A stretch of 64,000 bases of DNA from Moniliella sp. 'wahieum' (taxonomy: Eukaryota). Shown here piece after piece: positions 13,351-26,976 of this stretch. The notes below the pieces were generated by a model, which worked only from the letters and a program-made list of their open reading frames with translations, made no database searches and was not told the origin of the DNA. The position numbers and the translations under genes are program-made. The stretch is taken from the NCBI GenBank assembly GCA_003971905.1, contig RSEE01000021.1:62001-126000 (forward strand), read 5' to 3'. Each line of letters starts with the position of its first letter. The stretch's first letter is position 1.

Positions 13351-14352
13351 ATGCCTGCCCTCGAGTCCAAAAGCTCCAACAAGGCGTGCGTCCCTCCTCT
13401 CCCCCCTTCTCATCCTCCTTTCCTTGGAGCAACGTAGCTGACATGGCGCTTCGCCCAGCTTTGGTGGTACGATCACCAAGTACACCTTCCCTTCCGCCGC
13501 TCTCGGCGGCCTGCCGACCAACTTCAACATCTTTGTTCCTGCCGGTGCGAGTGTTGACAAGCCCGTTCCCTTCCTTTTCTACCTCTCTGGCTTGACCTGC
13601 ACCGAGGACAATGCGACGCAGAAGGCGCCAACGCTGTTTGAGGCGGCATCGCAGGAGGGCTTGGCCATTGTCCTGCCTGACACATCGCCTCGTGGTGCTG
13701 GGGTCGAAGGAGAGGAGGATGGGTGGGACTTTGGCACGGGGGCTGGGTTCTACCTCAACGCGACCAAGGAGCCATTCAAAAAGAACTACAATATGGAAGA
13801 GCTTGTGACCAAGGAGCTTCCGGCTGTCTTGAAGGAGAACAAGTTGCCGCTCGATTTTGAACGAGTGGGTCTGCTGGGCCACAGCATGGGCGGGCACGGT
13901 GCGCTGTCGACCTACCTGCGCGCGCCGGCTGGGACGTACAAGTCGGCATCGGCGTTTTCCCCAATTTGCAACCCTACCGCCTGCCCCTGGGGGGAGAAGG
14001 CGTTCAAGGGGTACCTGGCCGGTGGCGTGGAGGAGGGCAAGGCGTACGATTCGACGCTACTGCTCAAGGACGCGCTGGACAAGGGCCGCAAGGTGGACAT
14101 CTTCATTGATTATGGCACAGGCGACAACTTTTACAAGGCAGGTCAGCTGCTGCCGGAGCACCTCGCCGAGGTGGCCAAGGGCAATCCTGGCGTGACTGTG
14201 CGCGGTCAGGAGGGCTATGATCACAGCTGTACGTTTGGTTCTGTTACGGATGAGAGAAACACGACTAACAAGCATATGTGCCCCCAGACTTCTTTGTCTC
14301 CACGTTTGCTGGGGAGCATGTTCACTGGCACGCCAAGTACCTCAAGGCATGA
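13351..14352 (+). CDS. S-formylglutathione hydrolase (esterase D)
   Basis: LSGLTCTEDNATQKA, PDTSPRG, WDFGTGAGFYLNAT, GHSMGGHGA nucleophile elbow, SAFSPICNP, GYDHS|YFFVSTF. Introns at about 13386-13458 and 14229-14287. Confidence 0.95.
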
Positions 14353-14799
14353 CTATCACGGCTTTGAAAGGCATTGTACTGGTACCCCCCATGAATTGCA
14401 TGCGCATCACAACCACATTCAGGCTCGATAGGGGTGGAGTCGCAATACGAGTGAGGGTCTAGTACTGAGATAAGCATGCTAGAGTCCCATGCGAATTAAG
14501 GGGAAGAGCTATTACCCCAGTCTAGACTTTGGAAAAGAGAACCATGGACCCAGCCAATTACTTCCCTCCCAGACGCTCTGATGGACGAGTCTCTGCCAGG
14601 TTCCCGTCCAACATTCCTGGAAGCGCCTCCACACTACCAATAATGCACTTGGACGAAGAGGGGTTCATTAAAACATTCCGAACAGTCTTCCACGGCCAGA
14701 CAGTGGTCCTGTCAGGGCGGAAGAGTGTGGTAGAAGAAGTACGATAACAAGGTGTCAACGCTGCCCTCTGTTGTACCAGCAGCTTGCCCTGATTGATGA

Positions 14800-15882
14800 T
14801 CAGCGAGACGTCCAAAACGTGTCGCCCCCGCAGCGAAGATGGCTGGTTAAAGGGGGCGGTGGGTCTGTTGTGAGACGGGGGCAGCGACGGCGCTGAGGGC
14901 TGGCTGACCGTGTCGGGAGGAAGGAAGAGTGACGAACGGATTGCACCGTGGGAAGACGGGTGAAGGAGTGCGCCACAGGGTCTGAGGGCAAGATGCCAAC
15001 CGGGGCCGGAGCAAGATCAAAGGTGAAGGTGCGCTGGCGCGGAAGGAGGAAGGTGTGCCAGTGGGTAAAGGATGTACTCCGGAATCAGCATGGGCGGTGG
15101 GGAGGTGGGTCGGGGCATCCGGCCTCCGAGTTGGTCAAAGGGGGGAGAGGAAGACTTGGGGATCACCGTGCCGCCCCCGGGCACGGCAATCGAGATGGGC
15201 GCAGAGGGCAGGGTAGGCGAGGGGATCGGGACCGCTCCCGACAACGACGGTGCGGGATGGTCCAAGCTGGCCCGTCGATCCGAGTAGGTGGTCATTGGCC
15301 GAGCGAAGATGTGCTGCGCCGGTGCCTTGGTGCGGGTAGCCTACCCCTGCAACATTGGGCTGGGCGGCACGGGAAAGCGAGGGGCTTCCGACGCGCGGGT
15401 GCTCCACTCATGTATCCGGGCCTCTGCTCCAGCACGATGGCTGATGGCCGGTTCTGGAATACCATTTGCTTCCGTGGAAGATATCGGGGACGAGGCGAAA
15501 TGGTGGGGTTGGCTGTCCCCACCAGAGTAGGGCCTCTAGGGACGGCAGACCAGAATACGGGTGCAGTGGACTCCCTGTTGGAGCAGAGTAGGTGGAAATG
15601 GAGTTCAGCTGTCCGCCGAGTAGATCAGAGCTCGTAGGTAGGTGTTCTCTTCACGCAGGTGACTAACATCGGCTGTGAGAGGTGGCCACAAAGGAATATC
15701 GTGACGGTTAGCCAGCGGCACTCTTTTCTCGCCAGTCCCACAAAAGGGATCCAAAGAGGGGAGCGTACCTTCAAGATCAGCAATATGCTTCCTGCGACGC
15801 TCACGGAAGCGCGCTGGACTTCCTGGGCGCGGGTGACGGGCGGCTGAACAGGGCGGGATTGACCATGGCGTCCTCGTGTCAT
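14800..15882 (-). CDS. bZIP-like transcription factor with atypical basic region and Pro/Ser-rich tail; 3' end uncertain
   Basis: With one indel and intron 15673-15768 the N-terminus reads MTRGRHGQSRPVQPPVTRAQEVQRAFRERRRKHIADLEADVSHLREENTYLRALI, i.e. a basic region followed by heptad Leu/Val. Confidence 0.7.
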
Positions 15883-17634
15883 AGTGGCGGCGAAAGCAAG
15901 CGGGGGCGAGAAGGGCGAAGGGGGATTAATGAAGTGGCGGGACCAAAAGGAGTTGGCCAACGACGGATAACTGAAGGGAGGAGGAAGTGCTGAGGCTGGG
16001 GGCGGTAAGGAGAGAGAGAGCAAAAGGCGCGTAGTGAGTTGCTTGAAATGTATGCCTGTGCTGGGGGCGGGGGGGGAAGAGGAGCAGTAGAGCAGCACGG
16101 GGGCGAAACGACGGGCGGGGGAGGGGTAAGAGGGTTGGAGGGCGGGAGAAGAGGCGTGGGGTGATGTGGGCGGGCAGGCAGAGAAGAGGAACGAAGGAGG
16201 AACCGAGTGCCGCCACCGGCTAGAGGGCGGCCTAGTAACTGTCTCGACGGTAAGAGAGGGCGCCCCCCTAGTAAGGGACTGTGCCATGCGCGCTGACTCA
16301 GATCAAGAGGAAGCTGCTTGTGGAGGCGACGCGCGGCCAGACTTCTATGTTGTTTGATCTGGGATCTCAGATCTAACCCCCACGTCCCGCGGGCGGTGGA
16401 CTTCTCAGCGCCCCTCCTGGGCAGGACGCTGACGCGTCGACCCCCGCTGGGCGCCCAGGCTGGCGCAGATACGCCCAGCGCAGACGCTGACGCAGCAAAA
16501 CTGTCGGCGTATCCCGGCGCAGCGCGAATGGTCGGCCTGAGGAATGAGTTACTGAGTGCCAGAACGGCGGGTCCGCTGAAAATGGGTTGAACGTCGGCCC
16601 CTGTTGGCCCACACCAGCGGATAGGGTCACATGTCGTCATTCATCATCGACTCATCGACTCATCGACTTCATCTTACTAGTTACTAGTTACTGGTGATCA
16701 TCCATGTGTACACACAATCGGAAGCAGCCCGCGACGCAAACATCGGCCCTGTCGCGGGTCCGCTACCGCGCCTACCCTTCCACCGCTCGGAAGACCCTGT
16801 TTCTGCCCTCACTCACCGGTCCCTGGCGCAGGGGTGTAGCAACGGACGCTGACGAGTAGCCCTAGACTAGCACCTTGTGGCAAGCACTCTCCATGTGTTT
16901 TTTTCTGCAGTACGCTAAAAGCAGGCGTTGTGTCGCAAAAAATTGCCGAGTGTCCCCCCCAGCGCGTGACCAACCGCCTGTTTGCCTTCTAGTCTTGCCC
17001 GATTCGTATAGTACGGCAGTCGAAGGAAGGATAGTAGATATAGATATAACCCCCCAAAAGCAGGGTGCCGATCGACCATTGGATGAATGGATGGCCCACC
17101 TGTCCTTGCGCGCCGCAATATACATGTACCGTTGCGCATCGCTCTCCCCGTCCAACATCTGCTCGCTGTTGTAACTTTGTACGAGTGGCGTATCGTCATA
17201 GCCATCACGGGGCGGACTCAAGAGACGAACTGCGCAGCCTTTTCTATAGTATGTGCTGTCCAAGAGATCTTTTGCACCAGCTGTCGATGACAGTTGATGC
17301 CAGACAAAGGTATGATCATTACATCGTACTGCCGACCGGAGCCCCCGGCAGCGGGGGAATGGCATGCATGACAGATGATCGATTGTGGGGGAGAGAAGTC
17401 AAGTAGAATGAAACGAAAAACAGTAACGACCCGGAGCAAGGGTTCAATAGGAGATGCAACTGCTAGGAAAGCAGAGAGCGACATGATGCACATGAACGAC
17501 GTGCAGCATCGCAAATGGGAGCGAGCTCCATATCGTCGCTACTCGCGGACCTCTCCCGATCTGGCACCCTGGACGCAACAGAGTTGGGTAGTACGTATAT
17601 CAAGCGGTAGTACGCATATCTAGCCCCGTGTGGT

Positions 17635-20107
17635 TCATACATTCCGTGCTACACCCAATAAGATCTCGTCCTCTTCCATCTCCAAAACGTCCAGCTGCTC
17701 TTGCTCATACGCCTCGGCCCACGCATCGTACTCCGATCCCAAATCGTCTCCATCGACACTGAGCTTGTCCGGGTCAACCAGGAAGGTAGATGGGATCATG
17801 GTCGGATCCGAGGCAGGATCCGCAGCAGAGGGAGCCGATCCAGGCAGGATCCACTTGGTCTCGGCCAAAGTCACCTCTCCACCCAGAGCGAAAGAGGAGC
17901 CGATCCCATCGACATCTTCATCCACCTTTGGTACCTCAGGCACTTGTTTCATCCCATCATCTTGTACCCCAACCAACGTCTTGTCCCCATGGCCAGGCAG
18001 TAGTTTCCCATCCCCATCGTCAGATCCCGATATTGACTCTGGTACCTCAGACGCGACACTGGCGGGCACACATGCGGGAGCGGCTGGCACGTTGAATTGT
18101 GGCGGTTCGTCATGCCTTGATTCCGCTTCGCTCCGTTTCGCCTGCTCTACTGCCTCAGCTTCAGAGGCAGATGCTTGATCCGGCACACCTTGTCTTCCAC
18201 CGTTCTCCAACGCAGTATCGTTTAACGGCCTCATACTGGGTGGGGGAGGGCTCCTTTGCTTCAACGACGATCCCACTTGATCTTGGCCAGGCGATACTAG
18301 TGGGGTTGTTCCAGATGGCGCGCTTTGGGAAGGGCTGCCAGGAGGTGCAGCGTGAGTCTCTACCTCCGCGATGGTGGCTGGGTTGTGAAGGGATGTAGTA
18401 GCCGGAACAGCCGCGCCAGACGGAGAGGGTAGAGAAGACGGCAAGCCGGCCAAAATACAAGGCGATACTCGTTGGGATCTGACAGGCGACAATGCTTCCG
18501 ACCTGCCCGGCGACACCGGCGGGGCTCGGCCCGGTGACAGAGGGGCTCTGCCAGGCGACACGACAGGATCACGACTAGATAAGGCGTCTGGAGCCCCCGC
18601 CTCCTGGACAGAGTGTGCGTCGGGATGAGTAACAGCCGGTGAGGCGGTATCACCACGAGGAGAAGATGGAGGAGGCAAGGATAGAGACGAGGTCGAAGAC
18701 GGTCGAGGTGCCGAGGCCAGCGATGCGGCCGCCCCCTCGGACGCAAGGTCCTGTTTGAAGGGCAAAGCAGCGGTAGGGCTAGGCAGCACAGCAGGCTGGA
18801 GATGCTCCTGCTGAGCAATGGGCTGCTCAGGCACTGGTTTGGCCTCCTTGGCAGACTTGGTACTGGAAGCCAACTCGTCCTCCTCCTCTTCGTCGCCTTG
18901 AGGTATGTTTCGTATCCTTCTTGAAGATCGTCGAGGTTGAACGGCTCGGGCGGGACGGATTCGTTTCCGCCTCTCTGGCTTGCTGCTTTCGAGAGGTGGG
19001 GGCACGTTCGACGAAACAGGGGCAGCGGCACTGGATGAACACTTGCCTATCGTCCCATCCACATCGTTGGTAGGTGGTAACCTAGTGACAACGTCGGTGG
19101 CGGTGGCGGACTCAGTAGCCGCCGCCGCAGCAGCAGCAGCAGCAGCAGCTCGCAAACTTGTTCTCGTCTTCCGGCCTTGAGAAAGGTTGGGACCGGCAGC
19201 GGGCGAAGATGAATGGGGCGGAGGGCTGGTCTTGAGGGGTAGCTTGGCCTCGGAGCGAGCGGCAAGAGATGGTTTGTTATTCGAGTTGCCCGGACGCGGT
19301 GGGTGGGACAAGCGGCCATAGGTTGCATGGACTTTACGTCGCTTCCGTGGCTCCAATGGCAATGGGTGCGCGTGCGATGCCAGCTGGGACGCGATGTCAC
19401 TGGGTTGTTCAGGTGCGGGGGCGGATCTGCCGTGCCCGGTTTCAGAGAGAGACAAGGTGTGCAAGAAGGAGCTCACCACCTTGCTCACCCCGGGGGGAGG
19501 TCGGCGGATCAGCTGGGACGGCTGGCCTGCGACCCATGCTTGGCCTGTGCTCAACATCCTCACCCGGTCGGGCAAGGGGGCTGGGGGCACTGGAATCGGA
19601 CCCTCGTTCGGGAGGGGGCGGGTGTGCGTCGTTGGTATGCGTGCTGAGAAGGTCATGGAAGGCCCAGGGGAACGCAAGGTCGGAGGAGGTGGATGCGCGG
19701 GAGGGCGACAAGGCAGCTGCCTGACCACCGGCCATGCTGGAGAGCTCTGAACAGGACAGGTCGTCGCCGGCAGCCCGGCGGCTGGTGCGCCGCGCGCTCG
19801 GCGACACGGGGCTGCTGCAGCTGGCGCGGAGGGGCGAAGGCGCGACGCGCACCACGCGAGGCGATGGACAGGGCGACGAGGCGGGCGGGGGTGGCATGCC
19901 GTCGGCGGGGAGGCCGCGGATCCAGCGCACGACGTGCGGCGTGGTGGGCGACGAGGCGGGTGCGGGCGCGTGGCGTGGGTCGAGGAGGCGGACATGGGTC
20001 GAGGAGAGCGGGAGCGGCTGTGTGTCGGCCGGCGGGGCCAGCAGTGACGCCGTGGACGGACGCAGGAGCGCCGGCGACGGCGGGGGTGGCGGTCCGGGCA
20101 GCTCCAT
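17635..20107 (-). CDS. Hypothetical low-complexity Pro/Ser/Ala-rich protein with NLS-like segments and an acidic C-terminus
   Basis: 786-codon open frame plus an upstream fragment (MELPGPPPPP); PRKRRKV, ERRKRIRP, repeated SPGR motifs; no recognisable domain; start uncertain. Confidence 0.55.
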
Positions 20108-20115
20108 TGGCCCGC

Positions 20116-20210
20116 CGATGGTGGCGCTGCGTGGCGGACTGGCGATGGTGGCGTTGCTTGGGGGACTGGCGATGGTGGCGTTGCTTGGGGGGATGGCGAT
20201 GGTGGCGCTC
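20116..20210. repeat. 27-bp tandem repeat, about 3.5 copies
   Basis: cgatggtggcg recurs at 20116, 20143, 20170 and 20197; on - it reads (S/N)ATIA(S/I)PP(S/R). Confidence 0.85.
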
Positions 20211-20457
20211 TGGGCGGTGTGCTTAATGCGGTTCAGCAGTCACGAGTCACTCTGATTGCTTTTGGGGCCCGCCGCGACGCGCTGCGGACTGAAATGTTGA
20301 GAGCGACGGTCGATTGCCTGTCCAGCCGCTGCGATAATCGATCATCGATAATCGATAACCATTTGCCCCGCTAATATTACACACGCCTCTCCATCTCATT
20401 CTCCCGTTGCAAATAACATCGCATTTCTCTGTCCACCCCATTCCCGCTCTGTACCCC

Positions 20458-23400
20458 TCACAGCCGGCGGCGCGACGGCGGCACAAAGGTGAACCGCGCC
20501 GACGGCGTCGGAGCCGGTGGTGCCGCAGTTGGCGGCGGCGCACTCAAGCGCTTCGGCCCTCGGTGCGCGCCGCGGCACGGCACTGGGTTGCTGCGCTCGC
20601 CCCGCCGGCTTCTTCTTTTTGCGCTTCGGCCCCGATGGGTTGGCCTCTGGGAAGGCGGCGAGGTAGGCCGAGTAGATCTGCACATCCTCGTCCAGCTGCC
20701 GCTGCTCTTACTCGGCGCCCACACACCCAGCTCCGCTTCGGAGCACACATCTGCCGCTGGATCGTCGTCCAGCAGCTTCCCCATCGACACCATCTTGCCC
20801 GTCTCCGCCCCATAGTCCTCCTCAAACTCCATCTCCTGTTCCGCCAATGGCGAGGAAGGGGAGAGAAGGGTGTCGCTCTCTCTGGTGCAGGCACGCGCGC
20901 ATTCTCCAAAAAGTTGTTGATCACCGTCACCCCTTCGGGCAGGGAAGCGGCAAGGACTCGTGTGCCTGCCTGGCGGCATCACGTGGGCCCTGTCCGTTGC
21001 TCATCGTCGCAGCCTGCTGGAGGATGAGAGAGGCACGCGAATCTTCGCTCCAATCCAGCAAGTTCTTCCACCCGTACAGTTGTCCCTGCTTTCCTTCCTC
21101 TGCCAGCCGGTAAATAGCCCGGTGGGCAGCACCAACCCTTCCGACTCGAGCACTTGTCCCGAATGCACCGTTTTGCTCATCTGGCGCTCGTATTGCCGTT
21201 CTTCAATCGTGCCCTGGGCGATCAGACGGTACACCTCGACCGGCCGAGTTTGCCCCGTTCGATGGGCCCGGTCCATGGCCTGGGCATCAATCGCAGGTTT
21301 CCAATCCGGGTCAAAGATCACCTTATTGGCTGAAGTCAAGTTGAGACCCACGCCTCCGGCCATTGTCGAGATAAGAAAGACAAAGATATCATTGTGGCCA
21401 TTGAACTGATCCACCAGCCCTTGACGCTCCTTGGCCTGCGTCGAGCCGTCGAGCAACAGCCATTTCCATCCGCGCAAACTTAACCACGACCCAATCATCT
21501 CCAAAACCTTAGGACGATGGGAAAAGATAAGCACCTTGTTGGGCCGTGGCGGGGGCAAGCCGGGGGGGGAGAAGATCTTACCCTCTCCCGCAGCTTGTGG
21601 TCCCGCCCAAGCCCACGCCGGCTCAGCGTGCCATTGCGTTAGCAGCGACTCGAGGATGGGCCACTTGCCGCAGTACCTTGATTGGGCCAGTTCATGTCCA
21701 CGCAGCTTGACCCGCTCTGCCAGTCGCCAGGGTAAATGGCCTGGATGTAGGCTTGCTGGCGCTCATGCCGCTCGGCATCGCGGCGCTGCTCGAGTTGCTT
21801 TTCCAAATTGGCCGCTTGGGCAGATGGCTCGTTTGCGATGCCGCAAGCTATCGGCTTCGATTGGGGATGTCTCCCCGCGCGGCTCGATGGGACAAAGGGG
21901 AAGGGAAGGACAAGGCCAAATGGTTCGCAATGTCAAGGAATGTAGTTTGGTACGCCATCGGATGCTTGGCCATTCCCAATCGACAAGTCTTGGCCTGCAT
22001 CAGCGACGGGTCCTCGCCCCCTTCCACCATGGCTTGGCGTACTTCCATAGCGGGAGGCAGACTGTCGTCGTCCTCATCCCAATCTTGTTCCATGATGGGC
22101 GTGAAGAACATGCGATCACAGCAATCTTTCCGCTTGAGATGCTCGATTTGCCCCAGCGCATTGCGCCTCGTGTTGCCACAGCTGCACAGTTCCTCTCCAT
22201 GAATGATGGCTGTAGCTCGGGCTCGGACCAGACCCGCATATACATCCGTCGTTGGTCCTGCGATAGGGGACAGAGCACAATCCTATCCCGTTTGGGTGGC
22301 AGCACTGGCCAACAACGTTTTCGTCCGTCGTAGGAACCTGGCATGGACAAACAGACGCTCACGCAACCGACGGGCGACCAATTGCGACACTGCTATCTGC
22401 AACGGCGAGGCGCGCGCCTCAGCACCTTGAAGCAGCACGTCACTCACCTCAATCTTCCAGGCCTTGAGACTGGTGAAACTGGCGGGATCAATCCAATGAA
22501 ACTGCTGCCACAGGTCGTCGTATCCGTTCAAAAATGGTTCCGGTCAGAGCAAAGCGAACGGGGCCTGAAGCTGGTGCAGCTTTGGCTAACGAAGTGGTGC
22601 TGGATTTCATCCGGTGCGCCTCGTCCAAGATCACCACCGACAGGGCACTTCGTTCAGACGGGCCACTGCATCGCGCACCAGCTCCAGGTTGAGTACCACA
22701 ACATCAATCCTCCTTTTGGAAGCGAGTTCGACGGCCTGGGCTACAGACTTCTTGTCCTTAACCACGACAACCTCGAGGTACCCCCAATGGTCATCTCATG
22801 CGCCCAGTTGTCCACCAACGTCGTGGGGGCAATCACAGTGCCAGGGCCAGTTTGGACAATATGGTTGAAGGCCTCGATGGTTGGGGCCGCCTCGAGGACC
22901 CGACGTCGCCGATGCTCATCGGTCCGTGCTCGGCCGGTACGATGCATGATGGCCAGCAAGAAGCCGATCACTTGTGCCGTTTTCCCTAGACCCATGTCAT
23001 CCGCCAAGATGGCGCCCTTGCCAGCCTTGTACGCCTCGTACAAATGTTTGATTCCCTGTCGCTGATGGGGGTAGAGGCGCTGATTGAGCGGCGCGGGAAT
23101 TGCCACGGGAGGGGTCACCCACATGTCCAACAGTTCCGGGGTGGGATGTGCGGTGGTTCCATCGGATTTGATGGGTAATGGAGGGCGCAGCTCGTCCTCT
23201 TTCTCGGGTTCCAAAGGCGGGAGGGGGAAAGGACCGAGATAGGAACCCAAATCTCTGTCTTTAACGAGGAACGGTTGATCTGTTCCAGATCACTGTCGGT
23301 CTCCTCGGCATCGGCCTCCCAGGAGAGGGCTTTGGGTTTTTTCACTGGACGCCTTCCCTCAGGGGAAGGTCATGTTTTCTTGTCCTCAGACGAGGGAGAA

Positions 23401-24365
23401 TGAACCGGTTCAGGTTGCGATGGACAAGGGCAAGGCTGCGAAGAGGGAAGTGAAGTGGCACTCGAGTGGAATTGGCCAGTGGTCAAGCCAGACGAGGGTG
23501 GAGGTCCACGAGCCCGATGGTCCACGGACGTGAACCAAGTCTGGATCACTTTTTTCCCGCTCTGGACCAGAATCTCATCCTCTCGAATCCGACTCATCCC
23601 ACATACCAGCTCCCTGGCTCTTGGTGCCGGTACTCCTTGGATGTGAAAGAGCAGGGGACAACGACCGCCGAGGCTCCGACGACAAACGCGGGTTGGAAGG
23701 GGGGTTAAACAAGTGCGGATGGGAGGCCAAATACTTCTGGGCGTTTAAGCGAAGCAAGGGATCATCCTCATCACTCTCTGATTCTTGACCCTCCACTGCA
23801 TCTTGACTCGGGATGGGCGCCAACGTCGGTGAGGAAGGTGGCAAAGAGGGCTTGGTGCTACTTTTGCTGCTTGGGTATGTGGATAGGGGAACAGCAGGTA
23901 TCAACTCAGGCTCGAATCATCGCTGGTAATCACCTCTTCGCTCTCGGTATTAGCATCTGAAGAGTTGCTCTGCTGCGACTGGTCATCTCGGGTATCGTCC
24001 GGGTCGTTGAGCACGGCCACTTCGCCCTCCGTCTGAGGCGCCGCGTCGAGGCAGATCTGCCGGGCGGCGTCCATGGTGCCACCAAAGCCGAGCTGGCGCA
24101 GGAGCGTGCGACGAGCAGCATTCGTTTCCTGTGTTGTTTCACGGACCGCCTTGGGACCCAGATGCTTCCAGCGGTACTTGAGGTGCGCGGCGGTGTGGGT
24201 GCGCTGGCTGCGCACCTGTGCTTCGTTGTGCTTGCGGCGCTCGACGACGGTGCGGTGCAGATTCTCACTGAGGAGGCGGGAAAAGCGCTCGGTGTCCTCA
24301 TCCTCAGCGCGCTGGCGCAGCTCCTCCTCTGTCAGGGGGGCTCGCCGCGCCTGCGAGGGCGGCAT
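20458..24365 (-). CDS. SNF2-family helicase, ERCC6L2/Rad26-like
   Basis: LYPHQRQGIKHLY, GAILADDMGLGKTAQVIGFLLAIM, LPPKRDRIVLCPLS, NKVLIFS, LDGST, FLISTMAGGVGLNLTSANKV, DPDW..AIDAQAMDRAHRTGQTRPVEVYRLIAQGTIEERQYERQ. Heavily frameshifted; C-terminus approximate. Confidence 0.85.
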
Positions 24366-24572
24366 GGCGGGGAAAGAGGCAGCGGTGGTGGTGGTGTGGG
24401 TTATATGGTGGTGGTGGCGGTAGCCCTGGCCTGCTCGGTCATCTGGTTGATGGTTGATCAGGATCCGTCTACTTTTTACGGGACAGTTGGCGCGAATGTT
24501 CAATGTGGCAAGCCGAGCCGGAATGAACGTTTCACCTCGTCCGCCCCACCATAGAGTAGCGCCAGGCGGATT

Positions 24573-26976
24573 ATGGCTCCGCCCGCCGCCTTGGGCTGCA
24601 CTCGCAACGACCATCGGCGGCCCATGTCGGTCACCAGCGCCAGTGCCGCGGACGTGCGTGCGGCCCAGGCTGCGTCCAGGGCGCGCAGCGAAGCCATTCG
24701 CGCCGAGCTTGTTGCCCGCCTCGCCGCCGCCGACACCACGCTGGCTGCCGCGCACGAGCGGCTGGCAGCCCACCAGCCCACGGCGCTGGTCGTGCGCGAC
24801 GAGGCCGACGTTCTGGCTCAGCGGCTTGCCCGGACCGCCGAGACCGCGGAGCGGGTCAGCGCGCGCATCCGTGCCCTGGATGAGGAGCAGCGTCGCCTGA
24901 CTCTCGCGACCGAGTGGGCTCGCCAAGCGGCCGAACTCAAGGCTTCCTTGGTCGCGCTCAACGATGCGATCGATCAAGGCGACTGGGACGCGGCCGTGCT
25001 GCACGTTCAAGCCGCTATGGCCATCCCGGACCATGTGCTCAACTCCAAGTTTGCTGCGAGTGTGGTGCCGACGGCTACGCTTCCCGATGCTCCCCCCGCC
25101 ACCCTGTTGGCCTTGCGTGTGCGACTGAAGCACATCTTTGACGGGCCTACCGCTCCGCCACGTCCAGCAAGGATGTAGCGGCAGCAACCAAGTTCTTCAA
25201 GCTGTTTCCAGGTTGGGTGGAGAGATGAGGGCCTGGCTGTTTATGCCGAGTCAGCATGTGACTTGGTCCGTGCCATTGCGGTCGATCTGAATGATGGTCT
25301 AGCCGCTGCGGCTGCCGGGGCGCAAGCGTTTGTGTTTTCTAGCTTACTCACCCGGTTTGAGCATATGGCGCTCCTGGTCGATCGGCACGAGGTGTTGGTC
25401 AACAAGTACTATGGCGCTGGCTCATTTGGCAAGGGCGTGATGCCCCATCTGCAAGCCGAGTGCGATCGCCTGGGACGCGAATCGTGGATACCTGGTTGGA
25501 GACGCGCCATTCGGCTCGTCTGTTGGATCAATCAAATCCCTGTCTTCTTCTTCCATTCTGCAGCTGGCGCAGTCCCGCGCCCCCTCACCCATGCCTACCC
25601 TTCACGCCAGCACCCCCGCCCCGAGGCCGAAGACGACGCGGACACCCAACTACGACGGGACGCCGACCAATTCCTGGCCGAAGGCGCAGCGATGAGTGCA
25701 GCGTGGACGACGTACAAGGGGTTTCTGTACGATCGGCTAGGCACGGCCTTTGTTTCTGATGCTGATACTAATACGGCTCCTGATCCTGATACTGGTGCTG
25801 GTACTGTCCCCGCCCGGCCGGAAGCAGGATCCGGGCCGGAGATTGGTGTGTCCAAGCTGGGGCAGCAGCTGCGAAGCTTTTTGCGTGGCCCCTACCTTCA
25901 GCTTGAGGCGGTCCATCTCCGCCGCTCTCTTACGCGCGCGTGGAACTTGGCAGTGACCGACCCGCACGCTCGTCCTTTGACATCGTCCTTCCTCGACGAT
26001 AGCTTTTACATTCTGCGTGCTGCGCTCACGCGCTCGCTTTCCACTTCGGACGTTGCCACGGCGCGCTTGGCGTGCGATGCAGCGGGCCAGATGGTGCAGG
26101 ACGAGGTGCTATCGCGGATTCGAGGCAAGCTGGATGCGGTGGCCCGGGCGTCCATCCCCATGATGACGGTTGATGGTCCGCGGAAGGAGACGGCGACACG
26201 GGAGATGCGAACGGCGTTTGTGGTTTGGCTCAACGGCCTCCATACGGGGGTACTGTACACTGACGGATGCGCCACGACCTGTCGGACCCGGACTTTCTTG
26301 CCCAGTACTACGACCCGGAGCAGGACCCGGATCGGGAGGAAGGCGACAGGCAACCGAGGGGGCTCGGACGCAGGTGGAACAGGTGCGCAAGGCCCTGCAG
26401 TGCGCGCTGGAACCGCCCCATGGCCAACTGCGCGCCACGCTGTCGTCCGAGCTGGAGCGGCTGTTCAACACGCTCACGCGGCCGCGCGTGCGGACGCTGC
26501 TGACGGATGCGTACAAGGACGTGAGCTACGTGCTGGACGATGGGGGCTATGCGCTGGCGGAGGAAAAAGATGTGGTGCGTCGGCGGTTTGCGGCGGCGTG
26601 GGACCGGCTGTGGTCGGTGTTTAAAGATACGTTTGAGCCAGCCAACTTTGATGCATTCCATGGCCTGGCCATCGAGGCTCTGGTGCGGCCGTGGGAGAAG
26701 CTGGTGCTGTCGATGCGCTTCACGGGGCTGGGCGCGCTGCGGTTCGACCACGACCTGCGCGCGGTCAGCGCGCATGTCACCCACTCGGCCATGGGGCGCA
26801 CACGCGGCATGGGCGCGCGCGAGCAGTTTATCCGCCTGCAGCAGATGAGCTACCTCCTGACGCTCGACCCGGACGAGGACGAAGAGTCGGCGTACGAGAC
26901 GGCGGCGGCGTCCGGCATGAGCTGGCGGCTGTCGAGCTCAGAGGTGAGGCAGGTCCGCAGCCTGCGTCTTGCGTAG
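24573..26976 (+). CDS. COG4: Conserved oligomeric Golgi complex subunit 4
   Basis: AERVSARIRALDEEQRR, KFFKLFP..W..EGL, LQAECDR, DDSFYIL, FTGLGALRFDHDLR, REQFIRLQQM, WRLSSSEVRQV; start at 24573 or 24624. Confidence 0.85.

Noticed and set aside
1..14352. Metabolic gene cluster (cysteine synthase, PUT1, Nudix, ADA2, S-formylglutathione hydrolase)
   Set aside because: The pathways are unrelated and are interspersed with housekeeping genes; there is no backbone enzyme or shared motif.
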